Shown here piece by piece: positions 25,426 through 40,709 of a stretch of DNA of 64,000 nucleotides. The translations under genes were made by a program, and so were the position numbers. This DNA comes from Eledone cirrhosa (Eukaryota), in the NCBI GenBank assembly GCA_964016885.1, contig OZ024740.1, positions 113,584,001 to 113,648,000 of the forward strand, given 5' to 3'. The notes beneath the pieces are model-generated. The model saw only the letters and a program-made list of their open reading frames with translations, was not told the DNA's origin and did not search any database. Numbering within the stretch: position 1 is the first letter of the stretch; each line of letters opens with the position of its first letter.

Positions 25426-26240
25426 TGTTCATCTAATTGATTAGCAATGTGCGAGAGTGAACTTTGCAAACACATCGTTCATGAAGTGATAAGTGAGTAA
25501 TTTTGAAGTTTGAACTTATTTAAAATTAAAAATTCAAATAAACAAAAAAAAAAAAATAAATAATAAATAAATAGGAAAATGGAGAAAAATAAACTAAACA
25601 CAAAAACAAGAAACAACATCATCAACAATAAAAAGAAGGAAATATCAGATAAACGAATTGCTGAAAATTGATTATTTTCTATTTTTACTAATTAAGCCTC
25701 ACACCTACTGTTCAATTTTGTGTTACAATTTCACCGGAGGAACCATTTTACTTGAAAAAGAAGTAAATTGTTAAATATAATTGATCATCGTTGCAGTATG
25801 TCCTGATTGAGTCTTTTAGTAATCGATAATTCAATGTAAAATCCCATGCAACATGTATCGAATGAGCAATTGTTGTTGTTAGCTTTACTGTTCAGCAATT
25901 GCATGTTTAAACGGCATCCTCTGATAGTCTATCTCATAATAGTTCTAACATGCCACCATTTCTACACTGACAGCAACATTCTGTATTTATTAAACTGAGA
26001 ATGTACCATGCTGGAGCCGATAATGCATGTCAAATGCTCTAACAATACCGCAAATCTACCATCCTGGACTGATGCTTCATTTATCGAACTTGAAAAGATG
26101 AGAGGCGCGATTTGAAATCAGGATGGAGAAAGCAAGCAAACATCGTCTCAAATCATTTAGTCTGACGTTCTAACAACCGTGACAATTTTCTGCCTGCATA
26201 AGATTGCTTGCATAGTAAATATATATACATATATATATAT

Positions 26241-26830
26241 ATAACCAAAATTATATTAAGGATGTCATGTCTGAGAGACATGTCCCATAACCTCTGTAGA
26301 ACATGCTCAAATATTCCAATGAATAGATCCGAGGATTTATATCAACTCGAAATCGATTAACATATATATATATATATATCTATCTATATATATATATATG
26401 AAATAAACATATGAAACAATCACAGGGGATAATTTGTAGAGGGTGTAAGCACACACAGTAAGGTTGGTAACTATTTAAAGTATATATTTCATTAAATATA
26501 TATTTCATTAAATAAAGAATTATATTTGACCATCAATCGGTAAATCACAGTAGTCAAATTCCGGATCGTCCGCAAAGGAGAAGATTTAACTATCTGTGTT
26601 TACACAGCAAATGCAAATCTGTGAATGACTAGAAGCACGTATTGCATTTTAAAAATACACACATCGTACCAGCGTCATCCCAGTGGCGTGAATAGGCTTA
26701 TCGACAGCGAGAACTGAGTTAGCTCTACAATTAAGGAGCCGTATATATAACCAAAATTAAATTAAGGATGTCATGTCTTAGGAACATTTGCCATAACCTC
26801 TGTAGAATATGCTCAAAGATTCCAAAGATA
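26241..26830. repeat. ~506 bp unit bounded by ~85 bp direct repeats, embedded in (TA)n
   Basis: aaccaaaatta.attaaggatgtcatgtct...cataacctctgtagaa.atgctcaaa.attccaa at 26243 and 26749. Confidence 0.75.
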
Positions 26831-26872
26831 TATATATATATTTCAAAGATATATATATATATATATATTAAT

Positions 26873-27007
26873 ACCCCAGTGCATTACTGATACTTTATTT
26901 TATCGACACGTAAGGATTAAAGTCAAAGCTAACCTCGGCATGATTTGAACTACATACCGTAAATCATGTTGTCTGGTGCTTTACCGACTCTGCCAATCCA
27001 CCACCCT
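26873..27007 (-). mobile_element. tRNA-derived SINE, internally deleted
   Basis: Core plus head (ctgccaatccaccac). Confidence 0.8.
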
Positions 27008-27172
27008 TAGAGCAGAGGAATAATGCAACGTTTAATGGTTCAATGACAAACGCACACATATCCGTATATTAACCACTAACTCTATCTCTGTTATGAAGTG
27101 GGACATTATATTTTTACACGTATCGCTTAAGTATATATTATTATTTTGTAATATTTTAAAATACTTTACAGT

Positions 27173-27199
<27 letters not shown>

Positions 27200-27203
<4 letters not shown>

Positions 27204-27382
27204 CGACCCCAGTGCATTACTGATACTTTATTTTATCGACCCGTAAGGATGAAATATGTATATATATATATATATATATATTTCATCCTTACGGGTCGAT
27301 AAAATAAAGTATCCGTAATGCATTAATCGACTTTACATTCCCTGAAATTGTTGACCTTGTGCCAAACGTAGAAATAGTTATT
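27200..27382. mobile_element. SINE 3' half with inverted duplication around (TA)n
   Basis: 27213-27256 pairs with 27279-27322. Confidence 0.85.
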
Positions 27383-28633
27383 CACTTGCTCTGAATTAGT
27401 ATCGTGAACCCGTTTTAAAAATAGACCAAAGTACATGGCTCTATACCTAAACATGAATTAGCTTCCTATATAAATATTTAATACGCTATAAGGATACTTG
27501 TTTATAAATGAATTTGAAAACGCACATTTAAGTTTCCCCAGCCTTGAATTTCATGAACATCTAATGGTTATACACGGTATACTAAGGTAGTTGTTACGAT
27601 ACAACTTCATCGGTGACCCTTACCCTAGTAGAGATGCCCATATACGATTATAGTTAAGTTCCCTAGTGGTCAAATTAGCTATTCATCATTTCGTGGATGA
27701 CGCATAAAGTTCAATACGATTTGATTCATCTTCAATATCTCTCTATCTCCCTTTCTCTCTTTCTCTCTCTCTCTCACACACACACTGTTTCTATCCCCCC
27801 CCCCAGTCTCTCTCTGTGTCTCTCCCTCTCTTTCCCCCGATATCTCCCCCTCTAGCAGACATCGACTGGCTCTACCTGGTTCAAATACTGAAAACACTCC
27901 ACATGTCACGACGGTGGCCTTAAAATTACATCACATGTGAAAGGTCTTTTCATGGGTAGCGTGGGACGCAGAGTTTATTTGAAAGCTAACTAAAAATAAA
28001 TACGTAGTGAGTAAAAATTGAGGTTCGTGTTTGTTTGATAAAACTTATGAAATTATTTTGTTAATCGAAGGAGACATTTAAATATATATATATAATTTAT
28101 ATTGTGACTATATAAATAATGCATAGATTTTGCAGATCATGAGAAAGTAATGATGGCAGAATCATAAAGTAAAATTACGGGAATATACATTGGTTAGATT
28201 AGAAACGTACCCATGTTTAGAGAATGCAAGAGGATGCAATGACTGGGCAATGGATTAATTGTCTAGCCAACAATATATCTGAAATGAAACTTAACTGGTT
28301 CCTGTGTCTTAATAGGCAGCATAACGATCGTAAAGTATAACAACACACCTATTCTCTAATCCATCTGATCATCATTGCTAGGCCTGTAAGTGACAATGAG
28401 AACTGTAGAGATTAGTATGGCTTTAAAAGACTTGATAGTGTACAAATATGGTATCTAGGAGATACTAAATACCCATTCCTTTAATTAACCACATGACGAG
28501 TAGCAGAATAACAGCATTTAACATATTTGTTCAAGGAAAATTAAATATTTGATATAACTGTATACCGGCGGATATAACGAAGGAATTGCAGAAAATGTAG
28601 CGACAAACATATGGCATACATAGAACTGAGCAG

Positions 28634-28687
<54 letters not shown>

Positions 28688-28725
28688 TTGATATATATAT
28701 ATATTATTGATATATATATATATAT

Positions 28726-28885
28726 ATATCAATGATATTAATAAATGGAAATTATCTTTATAAAACCATATTTATTGTATTATATATATTTCAAAGGAAC
28801 CAAAATTTTGGTACCCTTGAAATATATATAATAAAATAAATATGGTTTTATAAAGATAGTTTCCATTTATTAATATCATTGATAT
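28726..28885. repeat. 160 bp palindrome of the family B element centred in hammerhead stem II
   Basis: Centre 28805/28806. The right arm tggtacccttGAAATATATATAataaaata... equals the 3' half of the family B hammerhead and its flank. Confidence 0.88.
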
Positions 28886-28961
28886 TATACTTCAGAAGAA
28901 ATTTTGTAGGGTGCTTTGAATCTGTTTTTTGAATAACCAACAAATTAAATATCTTTTTGCT

Positions 28962-29047
<86 letters not shown>

Positions 29048-29052
29048 AGTGT

Positions 29053-29089
<37 letters not shown>

Positions 29090-30128
29090 TTTATTGACTA
29101 TGTGCTAAGTTGCTTGTAAGGGGACGATTATAATTTGGTCAGTATTTTGAATTCGTAGTTGAGATGTTCATATACCACCAACAACAGCACTGCGTTAATC
29201 AAAAAGCCGTTATCTTACCACTTATTTATTTTTATATAGATGTGTTTAAAATATTAGTTGCTGAACTAATTGGACCTGGTCCAACCCATACATTTTTCTA
29301 CAGGAGAAATTAAATCTGCGATAATCGGACGACAGTTCTTTAATATGGGCATTAATGGAGCTTTGTATATTTAAATTCTTGGCTTTAATGAAAATTCCTA
29401 GTCGCTGTGATGCAGTAACCTTATAGTATTGGAGTCAACATGAGAGATGATCAGTTAATCTAAAGCTTGGCCTTTGTATTAGTTTCCCGATATGTTGTAT
29501 GTTGTTCATGGCAAAATCATGTGAAAACACCCGATATATGCGTTAAATATTTCTTTGCTTCAATGATAAACAAACACTGGGTTATCGAGGCTCTATTAAA
29601 GAATATTCTGAAGATCTTTGTTCATGCAAGTATATATGTAAATGAGGGGTTAGGCTGTGTTTGGTTTCTGATGTAGGATATAACAAATACGGCGTTAATG
29701 AATAGATTGAGTTCATTCTGATATGTTACTCAACAACTCTGTTTATAAAATTTGAGTTGGAGAGAGTTCTATCGGAAACATGCAGCACAATACTAAATTG
29801 AATTTCAGTCGAGGCAGATATTGAATTTCATACGCTTACAGATGGTAATATATAGATTTCTGATATTGCTGCAAGTTCATGTGGTGGTAGACTTTGACAA
29901 GTTGATAAAATAACGTTCGATGGACTAAAGGGAAGGTCGACAACCGATTGGAAAAAATCGACCAATCAGAAGAGTGTGTAGTGGGAGAAGAAGCTGTAGT
30001 TGAACCCGTACATATATGTTAATCGTTATCGCTATAAATGCATGTGTTCTGCATATGCTTGTTAGAGAGAGGGGCGGGAGATGGGATGAGAAAGCTAGAT
30101 AGCTAGAGAGAGAGAGAGGGGGTGAGAA

Positions 30129-30190
<62 letters not shown>

Positions 30191-30446
30191 AGAGAGAGAG
30201 AGAGAGGGAGATTGTGTGTGTGTGCGCACTATGACGGGGAATATACCAGTTTTTCTGCACGTTCCATTCTTTCTCAATACAAATAGCGCAGCAGTATTTC
30301 AGCAACTGTTATCCCCAGGACTATCATCAATGTTTCAGGAATTATTATCATTATCATCATCATATTCATCACTTATATTCTCTCCCCAGCAAATTTAAGG
30401 CCTTTAGCTATAGTTATAGTATTCAATCATAATTATGTTTGAGATG

Positions 30447-30668
30447 TCAGTGGTTTGGCAGAAACGACTGATCAACGGATTAAATGCCTCGTATTATTTA
30501 GTTACATCTTTGTACGTTTTGATATAGAATACCAACGAGATTAACAGTGCCTTTTATCTTTGCCGGATCAATAAAATAAAGCACCAGTCAAGTACAGTTA
30601 CAGATTTAATCGATTGCGCCTCTCCCGCGCACACTTGTAGCATTGTGCTTATTATGTCAGAAATCATT
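30447..30668 (+). mobile_element. Old diverged SINE copy
   Basis: gtggtttggcagaa head, ttaacagtgccttttatctttgccggatcaataaaataaagcaccagt core. Confidence 0.65.
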
Positions 30669-33432
30669 CTTAAGGTGGTTATGTTAGTAAAACCCATTTA
30701 TTAACAGACACTAAATCTCTGTGTTATATTTTATATTCATCATTTTCTACAAGATTCCACAGAAAATATTGCAATAAAGTGTCTAAAACTATACAAGATC
30801 AAATATTATACCAGTAATTGTTTGGTTACTGCATTACCCTGCTCCCTATTTTGTGGGTTGTACAATTAAATATTGTTATTTTGTCCCAAAATTTCTAATG
30901 AAAATATCATAAAGCAGAAACCTTGTACGGGCATCTGTATATATATTTTGTGAGAACCTATATGTTTTTATATGGATGCACATATATGTATGTGGATCTG
31001 ATGGACACCAACTGGAAAAGATTAATCACATGTGTTATATTTAGTAATAAATAATCTTCTTTTGGGCAAAAACAATATTAAACAGAATTATTTGAACATG
31101 AAATATATTACGAGAGTAGCTAATAACTCTCAACAACTATCATATTTCCTTCTTCATTGATCTATCTGCTTTTCTATCGATATAATGTGTAAAGGCTAGT
31201 AATGATATGATTTGCTTTGGCCTTTCGGATAGTAAAGGCGCTGCCGTGAATTACATCGTGTCTTGAGTAATTTAACCTGGTGGGGCCCATTTGTTGCCAG
31301 TCTTACCGTAGCTGATATCCTCCAAAGAGAAATAGAGATAGAAGGGAAAGAGGAAGAGATCCATAAAATGGACTTGTACCGTAGTTATTTATCAATAACG
31401 GCATTTGAATAGAGAGAGCAATAAGCCGGTAGGAGTACCGTAATGAATTTTATGTAATACTTCAACTTCTCTGCTAAATCGTGTAAGCATATGTCTATCT
31501 ATAAATTTAACATATAATCACTTAGAAGTTTTCATATGACTACGTGACATGTCAAAAGCAATAGCATATAAATAAAAACAGTGAAAATAAAAAAAGAAAT
31601 GCATGTAAAAGTAATTCTAAAAATTATGTTTTCGCTAAGGGTAATTTATGATAAATAATGTGTTTATTTCTTGTCAGTCAAAACTGGAAGCTCTTTCAAT
31701 TGGGCAGATGTATAACAGTAAACATAGAGAAGCTCTTTAAAACGCACAAATAACGATATATCAATATTGATGATGGCATCATTTGGGAAAAATAATCACT
31801 CTTCAATAACCATCAAAATACTTGTATTAACGCAATTTACACAAAATATCTGTATACATATCTACTTTTTTAAATCTCACAACGCTAAACAAACTTTGCT
31901 TTATGATGAGCTAAAATTGCTCTCAACAAATAAGCTCAATTTGCTGAATATTCTGACTAATGGAAGATCTTTTGTCAGGAAATGAGATGAATGACCGAAT
32001 ACTATAGATCTGTACACAAATCCACGTGCCCCTGCTAGGTAACAACAATTTGTATACTGCGTTCAAATCTCACTCTTCATATTTACTGGAATTCTATTCA
32101 ATTCAGTTGTATCTAAAATAAATAATTATATTCTAAATACTAGATAATTATTATCCTAGATAAAGAGAATGAGTTCTTCATTTATATTGTTTAGCTACAC
32201 ACCACATGTAAAGTACACCGTGCAAGCTTCCTTGAGAGTAGGTCGTGTGCCTCAATTTTTGTAGCACTGATTTTCATTTCACTTCTTTACAGATTAAAAT
32301 TATTCTGTACATAAGATTCAGGAGCATGATGCAACTATTTTATCGTTCTCAAAAAATATTATAATTATTAACAAATCTCTAAAAATATAGCTACTTAAAA
32401 TATATTTTTATAGGGGGATGCGAAGATTAAGGGTTATTCACCCAAATTACGTTTGATGATGACTTGCAGACAAGGATAAGTAACGGGATTCAGAAGATGA
32501 CTACAAACCTGTCACTATACGTACTTACGAATTGCATTACAGTATATGTAATGGGGTGGCCATGTTAAAAAAGAACAATATAAAGAATAAATCTATTTAT
32601 AAACATAATAAATTCTTGTGTGTGCTTATGTGTGTATTTGTATGTATACATGTATGTGTTTCTGTGGTATTTTCCTGTTAATTTCCTATTACATAATCAA
32701 TTTAGCTGTTACATTTCATCAGCAGCCTACATATGTACGCCGCAAGGAATTTTAACTATTTTCCAATCTAAATGATATTACGTAAGAAATAGAATGAAAA
32801 AACACGACAAATTCTCTATGAATTATTTCTCTCCAAATACAAAATGTAATCGAAAGGAATAAATCATCATAGAAGTGCATAGAAAGAAAATATTACTGAA
32901 CCCAAAACACGTCCTAGCTATATTTCTTTGCAAACATAAGCAAAATGATTATAAAGAAAATCCTCTCTATTCATATTAAAACACGCACGATTGTAATATC
33001 AAATAGAAAATCCTAACCAAGTAGTGATATTGAAATACTTTATTCTTAAAAGGGAAGATATATGTTTTCGTAGTAATTATTTTGAACAACCTTTCGTTGT
33101 CTTATTGTGCCGCACAAGCAGCTACTGTTAAACGATATAATCAAATGAAAATTTATTAGTCACGTATGAAAATGTGAGGCGGGCACCATTTTGCAAAACG
33201 CACACGATCTCATCTGAAAAAAGTGAACGCCTTATGAGCTCCTCTATGAAGAAAATATATTCTACCTATACAGGAATATTGAAGAGAAATCTCTTAAAGG
33301 CTTTGAAATAAAAGGAAATTACACGTGGTTGCATTTAACAATACTACGGTTAACAACAATGTCATCACTGAAACAATTACCGCTTCATCACATTTCCAAA
33401 GTTATACATCGAAGAAGAAAAAATGTTTAACA

Positions 33433-33551
<119 letters not shown>

Positions 33552-34075
33552 AATGGAAGTTCAGCATAATCGAAGCTCTGACTGCAGCTAAGCTAAGGAA
33601 TGCAAACGGAATGTGCTGATAAGCACTCAATAAGGTATTTTACCTTAGAGTAATAACATTACGTTTAGACAGCTTGGCAAATTGAAGATTGTGACCGGTA
33701 AGCCAGCCGCAGGTACCAAAGCAACGAGAAAACCGACTCAGGATTATTTTACAAACCTGGACCATCCCGTCGATATTAAGCAATATCTCCGCTAATCAAC
33801 AAAATGCACTTGCGGGGTATGCAATGTATTGGTTTTGGAAGATCGAACAGAGGATTCACTTTCTCAACAGGTATCCGTTCTCTGCCGCTGCCGGGTGTGA
33901 GTTTTAGCAGTAAACACTGTTAGCCGTCACATAGTTTTTCCCAAAGGGAGGTAACCCCGGTTTTTGGCGGTCAAAATTCAAATTTTGGACAAAGGAACAA
34001 ATTTCTTTCCACAAACCGAATAAAGTTCTCGACCAGACGTTATTAAACAAACATAAATAATTAACCAATCAATAG

Positions 34076-34778
<703 letters not shown>

Positions 34779-35349
34779 CAGTTTGTAATATATTTGCACT
34801 TGTCAACTACATTGATTAACTTTTAACATCATGATTTTTGTTTTGCTTTTACAATTCCTCGGTTTATGAAAAAAAGCTTTAAATCTCTGTAGTTTATAAC
34901 AAAATGTGTGTTAACACGTTTTAAACGTAAAAGCCTAATATAATAAATCAAATGATTAGAGCCAAGCCCAATACACACCTAAAAATGTTTATGTAGAAAT
35001 TAATGTATGAAAAAATAAAAACATGTATAATATTAATTCGAAAATAAAACACATTTTTTCATTTCCTATCTGATAGCGTACACTTTAAATTACACCTTGA
35101 CACATCGGTATTTTGTATAAATTAAATTAGACACTGCGTGTGATGAAGAACGTAGAGGAAAAAGAATAAACGCTGTAGCAAAAACAAAAGAAATAATGAA
35201 GTGTTATGAGTCATTAGTGTAAATATTTCCCGTGATTTTCAAAATAAGGTAAACTTTTACAAAATTTCACAAACCTATTTACTAAACAAAAAAATGCAAG
35301 TACTAAACATACATAAACACACACTTTGTGTTGAATAACTTTTCTCAGC

Positions 35350-35500
35350 TCCACTCCAAGGAAAATATGCTAAAAATGGTATCACAAAGAACATCCTGTG
35401 ATATCCACAACGTCTGCCATTCCACCACAATAAGATGCAACGCCATCTTACTGATTTTACCGCAGAAAAGCAGTATTCAGTGAAATGAGAGCACTTTGGT
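35350..35500 (+). mobile_element. Possible highly decayed mariner transposase fragment
   Basis: FHHNKMQRHLTDFTAEK..VK*EHF resembles FHHDNARPH...T.EK...L.WE.L. Weak. Confidence 0.3.
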
Positions 35501-36269
35501 CTCAAGAATGACCCGTGCAAAAATGAATATATTGTTAATGAGTAGTATATATTCCCCTCTGCTCATCTGCTTCGCGAGCGGTAACCCACTTGTTCATTGT
35601 CGAAGCGACAAAAATAAGACTCAGTACGTGATGTCCAAAATAAATGATTTAAGCCTCACCCTTTCCGACTGCAACCGAAAAACTATTATTCCGTCTGCAC
35701 ACATAGCAAACAAAGCAATTCTTCAAAACAAATGGGACTACAGATGACAAATTAGGGTCAGCCTATGTGGTATAGTTGCAAGGTTCACTCGCACTTTTGA
35801 ATGGCTTTCGAGTGAGTCGATGATTAGAGAATGAATCGTACTTAGAGGTAAGTCATACCCCGGGTAAGATATATTGAAACGTTCGCTCAATGTCATCAAA
35901 TTGATTTTCATTGTATTTCTCATTTAAGACATTAGACATTGTCAATCTTATCTCGAGTTCAAGAAACTCAGTGATATTTTATATTCCAAGGACTAGAATG
36001 GCGTTGCGGACATCGTTTCAGACGGATGCAGCTGGACATTTCCTCACCACACTTTTGCGTTGCCCATTCATGTGACTTTGGATGGCAGATGATCAGAGTG
36101 AGAAATGTCATTAACAGCAAACGCAAACAGAAGCAGTCCATGTTGGAATTCTTACGGAACATCGATGGTAGATATAATGTTATGAATAATGATGAGCATG
36201 CTAAATGTCTGAAGGAATGATTGTCAGCAAGAATATTGATAGGGTTAGTCTCATGGATATGGGCACATC

Positions 36270-36445
36270 TAATAATTATTTCTACTTTTGGCACAAGGCC
36301 AGCAATTATCCCAGTGGATTACTGGTACTTTATTTTATCGACCCAGTAAGGATGAAAGGCGGGATTTGAACTGAGACCGTAAAGGGACGTAACTCTATGC
36401 TTCAAAGCATGGCGTCGGACCCTCTACTGATACTGCCAACCCACT
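36270..36445 (-). mobile_element. tRNA-derived SINE (small internal deletion)
   Basis: Tail, core and head all recognisable. Confidence 0.88.
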
Positions 36446-36754
36446 AATAATACCATAGGACTTCGATTGTCCAAATATAAAATGATGCAAGAACTATTGG
36501 ATGGAGAATATTTAATTATATATCTGTATTCGTGAGAAGCTCTTTCTTGAACGCTTTTCTTGGCTTCTGCCACTTGTCAGTTGAACATGTACAGTGTCGT
36601 TCTAATTTGAAAATTTATAAAACAAGATATCTCAATATATATGTTCGTAGATGGAATCTTTTCCAGGAGTCATTCAGTCAATATCACCACACATATAATA
36701 GTATATTATTACTCATATATAGTAGTAGTAGTGGGAGTGGTGGTAGTTGTTGTT

Positions 36755-36787
<33 letters not shown>

Positions 36788-37004
36788 AGTTGAGAAAGTT
36801 TGAAATGGATGTTGTAATGAGTGTTACAAATTATTTAGTAATGTTGTTAACAGGGAATTAATTGATTATAGTCATATTAAAGATGATGATATTAGTAATG
36901 GCGATATTGACATTAATATTACCAAATTATCTTAACCATAACAATGTTAATATTGTAAGTACTAATATAATCGGACATTATTATATTAGTCATATTAGTC
37001 AATT

Positions 37005-37200
37005 GGGCGGTGGATTGGCAGTATCGGTTGAGGGTCGGACGCCATGCGTTGACGCATAGAGTTACGGCCCTTAACATTCTGAGTTCAAATCCTGCCGAGG
37101 TTAACTTTGCCTTTCATCCTTACGGGGTCGATAAAATAAAGTACCAGTAATGCACTGTGTAATTGCTGGCCTTGTGCCAAAAGTAGAAACAGTTATTATA
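37005..37200 (+). mobile_element. tRNA-derived SINE, full length
   Basis: gggcggtggattggcagtatcgg...gagttcaaatcc...gtgccaaaagtagaaac. Confidence 0.92.
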
Positions 37201-40200
37201 TTAATCATATTCCATCAGTGGTAAGGAGCCTCGCAACTGCTGCTACTAGAATTCCTTCACATTCCATTGAGAGTAAACTGATATTTGACGATATATACAT
37301 TGTCAACAGTTTCCGAACGTTTTAGAATAGGCTAAATTAATTGCAATGATTGGGATAGAATATATTAGAAGCAGAATTTCTGAATATTTACATACATTAA
37401 TGGAAGCTACAAGTAAAATAATATTGAAAGAACGACCCAATGTGGTAGTATATCAATACAAAGTAATATTGTGAATGATTCGCTAAACGTCTGCTTACCC
37501 ACAGCTATACAAGATACTGGGTTAAATAAATAGTTTACCATTTCACGAACATTAAAAATGCAAACTGAAATTTAAAATCCGGGCTCTTCGTATGTTTTGT
37601 GATATTATGGATCTATACCAGTCTTGAGAAGAGTTTTCTTTATGTAAGACCAGCATACGCATCTTGCCTCTTGACGCCAAGAGAAAGCCAAACGTTAAAA
37701 CAAATTTGGCACACATGATGTCGGCAGGTAATCTGGAACGGAAAGAACCAAAAGAGATATTCAAAATCATCACGTCTTACACTTTCATCAGTTTTGATAC
37801 ACTTAGATTCGTACTTTATTTGTTGACTCTCAGAAAATAAAAAGTAATGATGACATCGACGACAGGGTTCGAACTCAGATCTCAGAGAGACGTGAGAGAT
37901 ATCACGACGCATTTAATCTGATGCTCTAACGACTCTTCCAATAAGCCCCTTTTTGTAGAACGTTTCTCTATATAAGCTACATATAGCAAATCTTTTTCAA
38001 TGAACATTAATGAGAGTGTATGACGAGTACGAAATAAACAACGTTGTAAGGGAAGAGTTTCCTTTATATTGCCAAATATTTTAATAACGTTAAGATAAAC
38101 TAATGCTCGGAGAACAACAAGACGGTGTAAATACAACAAAATATATTGGCAAATGGGGTAAGTAATTTAGAACTCTAAAAGGAAGGAGTTGGTAGGATCT
38201 GGATAAAAAGGTAATTAGGCACGTATAAAAGAAAACACCTTTTGTATAAAAACTATCATTGAATATCAAAACTGAATATTGTGACAGTAAAACCCATTTT
38301 AGATAAATTATCTCAGTGGTAAGGATAGCAATATCTGTCAAATTAAAAGATTTGCATTGCCTGCTATGACATATTCTGTTATTGAACTTGAAGCCTACAT
38401 TCAATGATACGATCATGATTAGAGAAGTAAACTAAAACTATGCCACGTACTAGATTTTTCGTTCGCCATCCATTGGTTATATTACTAGAAGCTATACTAT
38501 GTTAGGAGCATATTCTGTATTAAAAAGTAGTTTAAGAAGGCAGTTATATATTTTACACTCTACATTTCTAAATCACAATAAGGATTGCAATGTGTATTTA
38601 TCAGTGATGAGCAGGAAAATAAGAATCGATTATCACCATAGCAACGGGTTCCTCACAAGAAATTAAGTTTGATTTTTAACAGGTAAAATCTAAATATAAA
38701 TCAGCTGCAAGTTTCCAAAAGACTGTTCATGTATGACTTAATAAATATATATAATTCTGTGGTTAATACTTCAGCAAACTTGATGCACCCATATGAATAA
38801 AATGACCGACGCTAGCCTGAAAAAACAAATCCATTGCGAAATGTATTATAGATTCAACTTCAATTGCTATACAAAACCGGTTAGATATGCTGGACGTAAT
38901 ATACGCAATTTATACAATATATGCATTACAAATGTTACCTCTGTGGAGTATTTTCAGAAAGAATACATCACATTTGTATCAGGGTGTTCTTCGTGTACCT
39001 AAAAATCGAAACGCGTTTAAGAAAAGTTTATAGGAACAGCGCTTTTAGAAAATGAGGACGTGAATGTCTTTTCCGGATTTTGATATACAGACAAATTAGT
39101 AAATAGCATATAATACATCTGGTATAATTTCCATGACAAATGGCAATAACACATTAATTATCGACATCAAAATAAGATATTGTCCAGAAGTAGAGGGAAA
39201 AGCTTAGAAATTACACTGACTGGGTTGTTAAATTACAAAAGTATTATGGTGGTTAAAAAATATGCATCATGCTGTTTGTTTATGGCCAGTCATGTTAGAC
39301 AAATGATCAGACTGCTGACTGCTTCCGCGATACCTTAGTGGTGTGCATACTAAGAAGAAACTAATTAAGAAGGGCACAAAATACTGCATATGGGAAATCA
39401 CTTTTGCATAGCTGGTATAAGTTTAAACTTGTCTTAATAGAGTATCTTATGAGTTACTGAGTGGGTTTCCCTTTGGGTAAGCCTATTATTACAAATTAAA
39501 TGATAGTCAACCATTTCGCTAAAGATATTGACATACTAGATGAGGTATGTTACAGAAATGAGTAATATCAAGGTCTGTTAAAATATTCACACAAAACAAC
39601 GTGATGTAGAATTTTATTTTCCAATGCGTACTTAATTATGTTTGAAGAAAATGAAATCTTGGTGAATTCCTGAAACCATGCACAATAATGAGTGAATTCT
39701 AATTGTGACCCAAGGGAAACAATGTTCGATTTGGGGTGTCGAGTAGTGAGGGGTCGATTATATCCATTACGGGAATTGTCTCATACTTAATTTACTGTAA
39801 ATGTATGAAAGACAGTGTTGACGTTGGTGGGATTTGAACTGAGAACGTTACGAGCCGAAACAAATATCAGAAAGGGTTCATTTTGTACGAGGCTCTAACG
39901 ATTCTGCTAATAGTAATATCATAGTAATATCAATTTTATGAAATCTGGAGGTGGTTGTGGTAGAAAATAATAACCATGATACTCATTATTAACATTATTA
40001 CCTCTGCTATATTCCTTGTATTGTCATTATAAATATAGCCATGACTACAGCGCTGTAGACTTTCAAGAAAAATTAGTTGGGAGCAGCTGCGGGATTTCGT
40101 GATATTGCTCAAGACACTTGAGCATAAACATTCATGAAATTGGAGATGTTTGTGAGTGGAGATATAGCAATTATTTTCTTTGTATGATGTGTCCAATGAA

Positions 40201-40237
40201 ACTAATACAATAGGAATCTTAATATTATTATTTATCT

Positions 40238-40415
40238 TTGGCAGTATTGGCAGAGGGTCAGACATGATTTCCAGTGTAGTTACGTCCCTCTACGATCTGA
40301 GTTCAAATCCCGCCGAGGTTAACTTTGCCTTTCATCCTTAAGGAGTCGATAAAATAAAGTACCAGTAATGTACTGGTTATTTGCTGGCCTTGTCCCAAAA
40401 GTAGAAACAATTATT
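40238..40415 (+). mobile_element. tRNA-derived SINE
   Basis: A box, B box, core and tail. Confidence 0.9.
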
Positions 40416-40709
40416 TTTCTATATTGATGAAACAAACTTAATAATTGCACGTAAGGATATCATTCTGTTCATTTATTTGCTTTGATATATATACATAAAT
40501 AGACACACACATACACACGCATATACACATAAACACATACCCACACATACACACACATACACACGTATATACACACGCATATACACATAAACACATACAC
40601 TCACATACACAAGCGCACGCTCACACATACATATATATAGGGAGAGTCTAGATAAGGAGAAAGGTTGTAATACAGTATTTTTAATTGCACGTGTTGATTT
40701 ACATATATC

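Noticed and set aside
37749-37796. Minus-strand caaaa CTGATGA...GAATATCTC ttttg
   Set aside because: Lacks A15.1 and a convincing stem II. May be chance in AT-rich DNA.
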